From Lama glama (Eukaryota), in the NCBI GenBank assembly GCA_028534125.1, contig CM052817.1:4776001-4840000 (forward strand): a stretch of DNA of 64,000 nucleotides. Reading direction: 5' to 3'. The position numbers and the translations under genes were made by a program. Under the pieces are notes generated by a model. The model had not been told where the DNA came from. It did not search any database and saw nothing but the letters and a program-made list of their open reading frames with translations. This document shows, in pieces, positions 53,205 to 64,000 of this stretch (its first letter is position 1; each line of letters opens with the position of its first letter).

Positions 53205-56070
53205 ACACACAAATGAGACTGCTTTAAATTAAAATTTTAATTATTACCCTCAGGGCAACAAGTAAGAAATTAACTCAAAGATATAATAAAAGAAGTAACA
53301 AGGACATTAAAAGAGTATGCTAGAAAGTATTGGTTTTACACAAATGATGGAGGTAATGGAGGAATAGAGGGGAAAAAACATAAGACATTTAGAAAAAAAT
53401 AGCAAACTGGTACATGTAAATACTATCTTATCAGTAATTAATGCAAACAGACTAAACAATACAGTTAAAGGGCAGAGATTGGCAGCATGGATTTTTTTAA
53501 AAAATGATCCAACGACATGCTGTTGACAAGAGACAAATTTTAGATTCAAAGAAATAATTAGGCTTAAAGTAAAATAATGGTAAAAGTTGAAACATACAAA
53601 CAGTAATCAAAAGAGAGTTGTAGTGACTATACCGTATCAAAATAGACTTTAAGATTAAAATTGTTTCTAGAGACAAAGAAATATATTTTATAATGATAAA
53701 ACTGTCAATCACTCAGGAATATATATATATGTATATATATATAAAAAATATGTATACACATATGTGTATATATAACATTACAGATATATATGTACCTAAA
53801 AACAGAGCCCCAAAACACATGAATCAAAAACTGACAAAACGGAAGAGAAAAACAAGCAAGCTGACAATAATAGTTGGAGACCACAACGCTCTGCATTCAA
53901 CAGTGGATGCAAAGACTAGGAAAACGATAAAGGAATAGAAGACTTGAATTACTTTACACACCAGAAAACCAGAACAAGCAAGCAAGCAAACAAAACACTA
54001 ACATCTATAGAAAAGCCCAAATAATAATAGCAAAATACACATTCTTCTGGCGTAAACATGAAACATCTGCCAGGATAGACCATATGTTAGACCACAAAAC
54101 AAGTCTCAACAAACTTAATTTGACTGAAATCATGTAAAGTATGTTCCCTGATAGCAAAGAAATAAAGTAAGGTCTCCATAATTGGAGGAAGTTTTGAGAA
54201 TTCATCAATATGTGGAAATTAAATAACACAATTCTAAATAGCCAGTGGGTCAATGAAAAAAATCCCAAAGGAAATTATTTTTAAATTTATAAAAATAAAA
54301 CATTTTGAGGTGAATGAAAACAAAGCTACAATGTCTAAAAAGTGGATAAAGCTCAAGAAGTGCTTAGCTATAAACACTTGTATTGAAAGAGAAGAAAGAT
54401 CTCAAATCAACAGCCAAACCTTCCACTTTAAGAAAACAGAAAAAGAAGAGTGAAATAAACACTAAGCAAGCGGGAGGGAAAAAAATCATTTAAACATTTA
54501 GAAATAAATTTAACAAAATAAGTACAAGACTTTTACACTGACTATTACAAAACATCATTGAAAGAAATTAAACAAGACACAAATAAATGGAAATGTTCAT
54601 GGATCAAAAGACTAAATACCAAGAAAACAATACTCCTCAAGTTCATCTGGAAATTCAACGCAATCCCTATCAATAGTCCAGCTGCAGGTTTTGCACAAAT
54701 TGCAAACATACTAAAATTTACATGTGAATGCAAGAAGCACATAATAAGCAAAACAATCTTTCCAAAGAACAAAGTTAAGGGATTTACCCTAACATTTTCA
54801 AACTTCTTATAAAGCTACAGTAACCAAGACAGCACAGTACTGGCATGAGAGACACATAGATCAATGTAAGATAATTGAAACTCCAGAGGAAAAAACCCTT
54901 TACATTTATGATCAATTGATTTTGATAAGAATGCTAAGATAACGCAATAGGGGGAAAATAGTCTCTTCAATAAATGATGCTGGAACAATTGAATATCCAC
55001 ACGCAAAAGAATGAAACAACCCTTACCGGCCACCACACACACAGATTAACTCAAAATAGGTCACAGACCTAAGTGTAAAGATAAAACTTCAAAACTCAGA
55101 AAAAGCCACAGGGATAGATCTTCATGATCTGATCACTGGATTAGGCAAAGATTGCTTAGACATGACACCAAAAGCACAAGTAACAACAACAACAAAATAG
55201 ATAAATTGGATGTTATCAAAAGTAAAAGCTTCTGTGCCTTGAAGCATACATCAAAAAAGTGAAAAGACAACCCACAGAATGAAAATTATTTGCAAATCAT
55301 GTATCTTATTAAGGACATTTATTCAGAATAGAGGACTCTTACAATTCAACAATAAAAAGACAACTCAATTTAAAAATGGGCAAAATATCTGAACAGCCAT
55401 TTCTCCAAAGAAGATATACAGATGGCCAATAAGTACATGAAATGATGGTATTAGTAGTCATGAGGGACATTTAAATCAAAATCACAAGAAGATACAGTTC
55501 CACACTCTTTAGAATGGTTACAAAGAAAAAGATAGGACACATTGACAAGGAGATGGAGAACCTTCATACGTTGCTGCTGGGAATGCAAATGGTGTTGCCA
55601 CTGGGAATAACAATCTGGCAATTCTTCAAAATATTAAACAGAGAGTTACTGCATGACCCAACGCTTAAACTCCTGGATATGTACCCAGACAACTGAAAAC
55701 ATAGGTCCATCCACACAGAAACCTGTACACAAATGCTCAGAGTAGCATTATTCAACATAGGCAAAAATGGAAAAAAACCAAATGTCCATCAATGGATGAA
55801 CGGATAAATAAAATGTAGTCAATCTACATAGTGGAAGACGAATCAGTCATAACAAGGAATGAAAGTACTGACCCACATTACACTATGGGTGAACCTTCAA
55901 GTATTAGGCTAAATGAAAGAAGTCGGTCACCAAGGCCACATATTGTGTGGGTTCCATTTTTATGGAATAGGCAAGTCCATAGAGATAAAAAGCAGATTAG
56001 TGGTTTCTAGGGACCGGGGAGTACAGGAACTAAAGACTGATGCTTAACAGGTATAAGACTTCTTTTAAGG
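53205..56070 (+). mobile_element. Degenerate L1 (L1MB-like): ORF2 endonuclease region to 3'UTR with internal gaps
   Basis: atacatctta-like EN start with taatgcaaacagactaaac, aaaggcagagattggc-like, caggatagaccatatgttag, tcaacgcaatccctatc, gaagatatacagatggccaataag, aaatgtccatcaatggatgaa; many stops and frameshifts. Confidence 0.85.
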
Positions 56071-56697
56071 GTGATGGAGATGTTCTAAAATTAGATATAT
56101 GTTATTTATATATACATATAAAAATCTTAGGAATTACATTCACAAGACTGATGACTGTTACCTGGGCAGGATCACCAGATGGCCTGGTTTCAGGACCAAA
56201 AGAAGGAATTTTCACTTTATACCCTTTTGCTTTATGAGCCATATGAATACATCCCTTCAAAAGTGAATAAAATTATATTAGGTTCATCCATTTAAACTGA
56301 AGGAAAAGTTGGCAAGAGATGTGAAGAGGTGCTGTGCCTGTGTGTGTGTATATAAACACACACACACACATATACAGTGTTCAGTCTCATGAGAGAACAC
56401 AAATCAAAATGAAAATGTGATTTCTCATCATACTCAAAACAAAAAAAAGGCTAAAGTAAGAACTACTGACAGTGTTAGGAGTTGCTGAAGGTGTGTATCA
56501 GCCTTGACTCTCATACGTTACTGGTTGGAGTGTGAACTGGCCAACCACTTTGGAAAAGTATGTGGTAGTTTATCTACTCAGGCTGATGTATGTATGCCCA
56601 ATTATCCAGCAATTTCTTTCCTCTGTATCTACCCAGCAAAAATGCTCACCAAAATACATGCAACAAAATATTCCTACCAAGAGTATTTGATTGTGAG

Positions 56698-57072
56698 TGC
56701 ATGAGTTTGCAGAGATACCTTAACAAAACCCCATAGATGGGGTGGCTTAAACAACAGAAATTTATTCTCTCATAATTCGGCAAGGTTGGACGTCTGAGAT
56801 CAAAGTGTTGGTCTGAGGTCTCTCTCGTCGGCTTGCAGATGACAGCCTTCTCCCTGTGTCCTCACATGGTTGTCCTTCTGTGTGTGTCTCTGTCCAAATT
56901 CCCTCCTTTCATAAGGACACCAGTCAAATGGATTCGGATCCACCTTAATGACCTAATTTAACCTTGCTTACTTCCTCAAAGACCCTATCTTTGAAATCAG
57001 TCACATTATGAGGTACTGGGGGATAGGACTTCGCAACACATTAATTTTGAGTGGACACATTCAGTCCAAAAC
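56698..57072 (-). mobile_element. MaLR solo LTR (MLT1A/B-like)
   Basis: ggtggcttaaacaacagaaatttattctctc...ataaggacaccagtc...cagtcacattatgaggtactggg...acacattcagtccaaaaca. Confidence 0.85.
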
Positions 57073-57439
57073 AATGAGTAAGGCTGGGATTTATCCACAG
57101 ATCCATTTGCCACTTGGAACTTGTCCTCTGTGCATTGCTAGTTCTTATTTATTGGCCATTCATGTATAGGGCTGTTTGATCCTGTGTTAGTTATTTGTAA
57201 ATGCTATTTATACATTGGAGACTAACCTTTTGACATTTTTATATCCTGATAATACCTTCTCTGATTCAGTGCTCTGACTGTTCATTTTGTTTCATTCAGA
57301 GTTCTATTTCCCTGTATCAGCTTAAACTCGTTAATTGAGTCTTACTTACTGTCCCTTTGATTTGTCTCCCCATTAGAGAGGTGTGAGTCTCTCACCATAT
57401 ATTTGACTTATTATTTTCCTTATAATTCCAGCAATTTTT

Positions 57440-60400
57440 AAAAACATTTTTTAATTGAATTACAGTCATTTTACAATGTTGTGTCAAATTCCAGTGTAGA
57501 GCACAATTTTTCAGTTATACATGAACATTCATTGTCACATTTTCTTTCTCTGTGAGCCACCACAAGATCCTGTATGTATTTTCCTGTGCTACACAGTACA
57601 ATCTTTTTATCTATTCCATATTTTGAAATACCAGTCCCTTCCCACCCCCAGTCCCCTGGCAACCACAAGTTTGTATTCTATGTCTATGAGTCTGTTTCTG
57701 TTTTGTATTTATTATTTTTTTTTAGAGTCTGCATATGAACGATCTCATATGGTATTTTTCCTTCTCTTTCTGGCTTACTTCACTTAGAATGACATTCTCC
57801 AATAACATCCATGTTGCTGCAAATGGCGTTATATTGTCAGTTTTTATGGCTGAATGGCATTCCATTGTATAAATATACCACATCTTCTTTATCCAGTCAT
57901 CTGTTGGTCCTTCTTCTTAAAGTGGGTCTCTTGTATGCAGCACATTGAAGGTTCTTGCTTTATTATCCATTCTGGCACTCTATGTCTTTGACTGGAGCAC
58001 TAAGCCCATTAACATTTACAGTAATTAATGACAGATGTGTGTTTATTGCCATTTTGAACTTCTTTTTGCATTTAATTTCGTATTTCCTCTTTGTTCCTTT
58101 CTTCTTCCTTTTGTGGTTTGGTAATTTTCCTTTGTATTATCTTGGATTTTATTTAGTTTTGGTGACTCACTTGTAAGTTTTTGGCTTGTGGTTACCCTTT
58201 TTTGTAAGCCTATTAACCTATTACTATAACTGTTTGTACTAAACAGATAGTAATATAATCTCAAACCCATCCTACCGAGAACAAAAAATTTTAAAAAAAG
58301 AAAAAAATATGCCATATTTTCTTGCTTCCTTTTCCCACTCTTAATGATTTAGATGTCTCTTTTTACAGTTTTGTGTTTATTCTATTTGTAATTCCTGGTA
58401 GTTATCAACTTTCCGGTTACAAATTTCTCATTTTGTAGCATCCTGCTTCTTTTCTATTTATAGTAGACCTGTCAATATTTCTTTTAGCATGGGTTTAGTG
58501 TTGCTAAACTCTTTTTACTTTTTCCTTGTCTGTGAAGTTCTTTATTTCTTCTTCTATTCTAAAGGATAGCCTTGCTGGATAGAGTATCCTAGGCTGCATC
58601 TCTTTTTTCATTAAGGACTTTGAATATATCTTGCCACTCCTTTCTGGCCTGTAGTGTTTGTGTAGAGAAATTAGCTGAGAGCCTTATGGGGGTTCCCTTG
58701 TAATTCACTCTTTGTTTTTCTCTTGCTGCCTTTAGGTTCATTTCTTTATCCTTGACTCTGGCCATCTTGATTATGGTATGTCTTGGTGTGGGTCTGTTTG
58801 GGCTCTTCCTGTTTGGGACCCTCTGAGCCTTCTGTACTTGGATATCTGATTCCTTCTTTAGGTTTGGGAAGTTTTCAGTCAATACCTTTTCAATCCCCTT
58901 TGTTCTTTCTTCCCCTTCTGGAACCCCTATTATGCGTAGATTGGCATGCTTTATATTATTCCATAGGTCCCTTATATTGTTTTAATTGTTTTTTATTTGT
59001 TTTTCTCTCAGCTGTTCTGATTGGGTGCTTTCTGTTGTCCTGTCTTCTAGGTGACTTATTCATTCCTCTGCATTATCTAGCCTGCTTTGTACAGCCTTTA
59101 GGTCAGCTCTCAGCTCAGCCAATGAGTTTACCAATTCTACTTGGCTCTTCTTTATAGCTTCAATTTCATTTTTGACATATTTTATATCTCTAAACACTCT
59201 CTCTTTTAGTTCCTTCAGTACTTTGATCAGTCCTTTTTTGAAATCTTGATCTAGTAGGCCATCAATGTCTATTTCATTGATTGTGCCTTCAGGGGGTTTC
59301 TCTTGCTGTTTTAATTGGGAGTGGTTCCTCTGTTTCTTCATATTGCTCATATCTCTCTGGCACTGTGGCTTAAGGAGTATCAGTTATCTATTGTGGTCCT
59401 TAAGGACTTTATTTATTTATCTATCTAAAGCCTATGCGGGAATTAAACTTTAAAAAAGAGAGAGAGAGAGAATTTTAAAAGAATGGAGGAAAAAAAGGTT
59501 TGAAAACAGTGTAGAATCAATAATAGAAGAGCAAGTTGAAGTAGAATAGCAATTGAGTTGAGGCATCTTTTAAAAACCTTAAAAAAAGGAGAAAAGATCA
59601 GAAAATAATACTTGAGACCTATGTATAATCAATAACAGGAGATCAAAACCAAGAGAAATAAAAATGAATTGAGGTGGATTTTTAAAAGTAATAAAAATAA
59701 AAATATTTTAAAGAAAAATTTTAAGGGATTAATACTGGAGACATATACATTGTTTAAAAAGTAAATTTTAAAAAGGTAATAGAAAGTAAAACAGATATAA
59801 AAAAAGATTTAAAGAAAAAAGGATGTGTTCTCCTGGTGACTGTGTGCCTTAATGGTTTTATCGAGAAGTCTTTCTGTCTTAGCCCTGTTTTGCGAACTCA
59901 GCTTGCTGTTTCCAGAGGCCCTCCGTTGGTGCCCTCGTCTGTGCTGCTCCCAGTGGCTGTAGGCAAGCAGATCGCGCCCCCTCCCAACACTGGGTCAGGT
60001 GCTGCTCTCCTTCATGGTGGGTGGGTGGGTCATTCCCCCTCCTGATGCCACAGTCAGATGCTGCACTGAGGGAGGCAGGCAGGTGGATCGCGCCCCCTTC
60101 CAGCACCACGGTCAGGTGCTGAGTTCCTGCCAGGAAGGCGGGTGGCTGCCTGCCCTCTCCCAGCACCTGTCGCTCCACTGCTCTGTGCAGCTGCCTGCTC
60201 TGCCTCGGGTGGGCGCTCAGAAGGCGGGCTCAGGGAAGACCGCAAAATGGCCCCGCCCTGCTCTGGGCCAAATCTCAGCTCCTTGTTTGTCTTGGCAGCT
60301 CAAGTTCTCTGAGGTGCCAGGGCAGAAAGATCCTATCTACCTCGGGCTGTAAACATGTCTCAGTCCTGCTAGGAGGTTGCGGAGCCCCTGGGTGCGGATT

Positions 60401-61125
60401 CAGGGCTCGGCCCCACCCCCTCCCAGGCGCCGCGCACAGGAAGAGATGGCAGCTGTGGCTGCGCCCTGCCTCTCTTCTCGGAAGAAGTGCCAGTAACAGT
60501 GCCACGGGTCTGAGGAGACAAAGGCTACAGTGCCCCTCCCCCCAGGGCACACCAGCAGTGTTGCTTTGCTTTTTCCCCTGTAATTTGTGGGGGGGGCCCA
60601 GGTTGTTCTGCTCTGTACCCCCTCTCAACCACGGCACGCAGCACCCTGCAATCCCCCCAGGCTGCCTCAGTGTAGCCACCTCAGTCCTCTACTTGGCTTG
60701 GGCAGCCTGTCCCGGCCCCCAGCTGCCGGCTAGCATCTCAGGCTGGGTGTTGCAGGGACACTTTGTGACCATTTAACTTGGTTCTGTCAGTCAAGGGGTT
60801 TTCCATACAGCTCCAAGCCTCAGAGGCTCCCCCTCCATCCTGTTGGCCTCTCCGTTGGAGAGGGGGAGGTTCAGCGAACAAGCGCTAGTCCTCCTTTGCT
60901 GCTCCCTCTCCGCGGGACCGATCCTGCACTGTCTTGCCTTTTCTTCTTTCTTTTTCCCTTTCCTCCTACCAGATTTTTGGTGTTTTTGTCTTTCAAAGAG
61001 GGCAATGTTCTGTCCGAGTTCAGCAGGTGCTCTGTTGGCTGAGTGGGTCCGTAGATGTGAGTTTTGGTGTATTTGTGGGAGAGGGTGAGCTACGAGCATA
61101 CGTCTACTCTGCCATCTAGCTTCTC
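57440..61125 (-). mobile_element. Young L1 with 5' end, disrupted ORF1, most of ORF2 deleted and 3'UTR retained
   Basis: TSD tccagcaattttt at 57427-57439 and 61126-61138. 5' end GAGAAGCTAGATGGCAGAGTAG and GC-rich 5'UTR. ORF1 pieces MSNMKKQRNHSQ... (59350-59060) and ...ENFPNLKKE...PTPRHTIIK...PIRLSANFS (58882-58589). ORF2 start MAINTHLSLITVNVNGL at 58052, joined at 57907/57906 to the ORF2 C-terminus. Confidence 0.92.
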
Positions 61126-61228
61126 TCCAGCAATTTTTGCTTCATGTATTTTTCAGTTTCATATCAGCATACAAGTTCAGAAATGAGAATTTTTCTTCTT
61201 ATCATTATTAGTTATTCTCATAATCCTG

Positions 61229-61230
<2 letters not shown>

Positions 61231-61265
<35 letters not shown>
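61231..61265. repeat. Poly(T)35
   Basis: Uninterrupted T run. Confidence 0.97.
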
Positions 61266-61270
<5 letters not shown>

Positions 61271-61386
61271 GACATCAATTTTATCCTATATTCTTTTCCT
61301 GGTCTACCTTTTTACATCTCATTATGTAAAGTTTTTCACTATCTTCATGCTTTTTGCTGTGACTTTTGTAAACAGGCTATATATAG

Positions 61387-61523
61387 GTTTTGTTATTGAA
61401 ATATAGTCAGTTACTATGTGTCAGTTTCTGGTGTACAGCATAATGTCCCAGTCATACATATATATACATATATTTGTTTTCATATTTTTTCATTAAAGGT
61501 AATTACAAGAAATTCAATATAGT
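61387..61523 (-). mobile_element. Short L1 3' end fragment (similar to 676-843)
   Basis: ttattgaaatatagtcagttac...gtttctggtgtacagcataatg...ttacaagaaattcaatatagt. Confidence 0.8.
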
Positions 61524-61683
61524 CAGAAGGCACTGTACACAAAGATTACAATAATTCAAAATATATCAGTTGCTATAAGTATAAACATATTGAATTTACT
61601 AAAGAGTATCCAACTCTCAGTTTGGATATTTTAAAAATCTTTATATAAATAATCTTTGTAAACTTTGTGTACAGTGCTTTCTG
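61524..61683. repeat. Inverted repeat with 27-bp arms (25/27 match) and a 106-bp spacer
   Basis: cagaaggcactgtacacaaagattaca (61524-61550) versus reverse complement of 61657-61683, cagaaagcactgtacacaaagtttaca. Confidence 0.9.
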
Positions 61684-62137
61684 TCTATGATGCTTTTTTC
61701 TTTCTCCCCCTTCATACCTGCCTTCAGGTAAATTGATTTCTTCAGTTCTACTCTTGGCTAGGTATTCTATTTCTAAACTTTTAGTCCTTACATTTAAATT
61801 TTAACATCTATACCTTACTTACAAGGCATTGAACAACATTTCTACTTTCTTTTTTAAAAACATACAAGTAGTATTTTACTATGATCACCCCTTCTTTTTA
61901 TCCTTTATGTTATTGTTACCTAGTCTATTTTAAATCTGGTTTTTAGAATTGAATTTTATTTATCTTAATCTTGTTCAATTTTTTTGTCATTTAAAAATAT
62001 TTTGAATAAGAACTAATATATATATAATATATACACACACACACACATATATACACATAAAACATGTGCACCTGTGGTTTATAATTAATAATTAAATACA
62101 CTCTATAGCCACTATGTAACTTATTAAACAGAACCTG

Positions 62138-64000
62138 ACTCTGGGGAGACAGTGGGGTAGGAAACACCAGGAATCTCTAGTCCCACCTGGACAACAATTG
62201 CACTGGTAGAATCTATCTGATATACTTATTTTGGAAGTCTGGAGTCTGATGAGGGCTTACAACTTCCAGGGAAAGGTTTGAATGGTAAATTGAAGTTAAT
62301 TGTGGTCAATTTCAGCTCTTAGTACAGCGGTAGCTACCCATCCCTCGCCCCCAGCCCCAGAGCAGGCAGCTGTGCATGTGTTCCAGGAGCAGCTGGCACA
62401 CAGCTGGTAGGAGTTGGGGCAGGGGGTTGCCAAAAGGACGCTGTCCTCCAGATAGTTAAGATCGTGATCTGATTGCTAATTGCTGCTTCTGATTACAGAG
62501 GTGCAGACAGAGAGGTGGGTGGCCATTGTTGCACCTCCCCCAATTGTTGTGAGCCCCTCCCCTATAGGATGAAGGGATTTTTAGGGGACTTAAAGGGCCA
62601 ATGCCCACTCCCCACAACCCCTGCTTCACTTTTTTTTCTTTTTCTCTTTTGGAGCCAGACATTAAAGACTAGTATGTTTAAAACCACATATGTGGGAAAA
62701 ATTAGAAAGTCACCATGCATGCACAGGAAAAAGCTCAGGCTCAGAAAAAGAACCTGAGAAGACCTTAAGTTTATACCTCAGGCTGATCCTTGGCACACAG
62801 ACAATGTACAATGGCAAAAACAAAAACAAAAACAAAAAGCAGCAAATCCTGAGCAAGGAAAAGAATCTAATTCCATAGTTACCATATTATTAGATTCAAA
62901 TATCTAGCTTTCAACAACAACAAAGTCACAATACACACAAAGAGACAGGAAAGTATGGCCCATTCTAAGGGAAAAAAATAAACCAACAGAAACTATCCCT
63001 GTAAAAAGAGCTGATGGCAGATTTACTAGACAAACACTTTGAAATAATGGTCTTAGAGATGTTCAAAGAACTAAGGGAAAATATGGAGAAAGTCAAGAGA
63101 ATAATATATGAACAAAATGGAAATAACAAGAAAGAAGTAGAAAATCTAAGGAAAAAAACTCAAAAAGATATTCTGCAGCTGAAAAGTATAACTTAAACGA
63201 AAACTCACTAGAGAGATTCAAAGGCAGGTTTCAATATGCAGAATAAAGAATCAAACAAACTTGAAGATAGACAGTGGAAATTACTGAGGCTGAGGAAAAA
63301 AAAGAGTTGAAGAAAAGCAAACAGAGCATCAGGGACCCGTGAGACACCTTCAGGTGGAGGGATATACACATCATAGGAGTCTTTGAAAGACAAGAGGGAA
63401 AGAGGCAGAGAGAATATTTGACTATATAATGGCTGAAAACTTCCCAAATTTGACCAAACACAGGAATATAAACATCCAAGAAGCTCAATGAACTCCAGTA
63501 GGATGAACTCAAAGAGACACACAGTAAGACCATTACCAGCTGTGAGAAACAAAGACAAAGAGAGAACCTTGAAAGCAGTGAGAGGCAACTTGTTACACAC
63601 AAGGGATCCTCAATAAGAGTATCTTCAGATTTCTCATCATCAGCTTTGGAAGCCAGAAGTCAGAGGGCTGATACACTCAAAGTCATCAGGAAAAAAAACA
63701 AAAACAAAAAAACCTGTCAACCAAGAATCCTATATCCATCAGTCTTTCAAAAGTGAGTGAGAAAATAAGACATTCCCAGATAAACAAAAGCTGATGGCAT
63801 TCATTACCTCTAGACCTTTCCTGTAGGAAGTGCTCAAGGGAGTCCTGCAGTTTGAAACAAAAGGACACTGGACAGTAACTTGAAGCCATAGGAAGGACTA
63901 CAGATCTCAATGAAGGTGGATACTTGGGCAAGTACAAAAGCTAGTATTGTTGTAACAAGTGTGTAACCCTATTTTTCATTTTCTATAAGATTTAAGAGAT
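62138..64000 (+). mobile_element. Older L1 5' region (5'UTR + degenerate ORF1), running off the window
   Basis: ORF1-like MADLLDKHFEIMVLEMFKELRENMEKVK (63014), atggctgaaaacttcccaaatttg, tgtcaaccaagaatcctatatcca, aagacattcccagataaacaaaagctga. Confidence 0.85.

Noticed and set aside
58589..59350. Functional or domesticated L1 ORF1
   Set aside because: Interrupted by a premature stop at 59060 and broken into separate ORF pieces.
61231..61265. Poly(T)35 as a retrocopy tail
   Set aside because: No adjacent element body or TSD found; more likely slippage or a homopolymer length artefact.

Overview
Mammalian genomic DNA, not prokaryotic, and most likely a camelid (alpaca, llama or camel), judged from three tRNA-derived Vic-1-like SINEs. 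The only well-supported coding sequence is one 174-bp internal exon on the minus strand (41312-41485), encoding part of an STK32/YANK Ser/Thr kinase domain that matches STK32B as I recall it. The rest looks like the two large flanking introns. They are full of interspersed repeats (L1, L2, MIR, HAL1-like, MaLR/ERVL/ERV1 LTRs, Tigger/hAT DNA elements), microsatellites and one 100-N assembly gap. I found no convincing new multi-gene system, and the ORF track is essentially spurious. The most interesting signals are retrotransposition structures: a TSD-bounded L1 keeping both ends but missing most of ORF2, a probable L1 3' transduction, a 31-nt orphan poly(A) insertion with a 16-bp TSD, a 27-bp inverted repeat at an L1 5' junction, and a three-level nested insertion. 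There is also a higher-order (CAY)n repeat. Repeat family names are from recall of consensus sequences, not a database search, and old-repeat boundaries are approximate.
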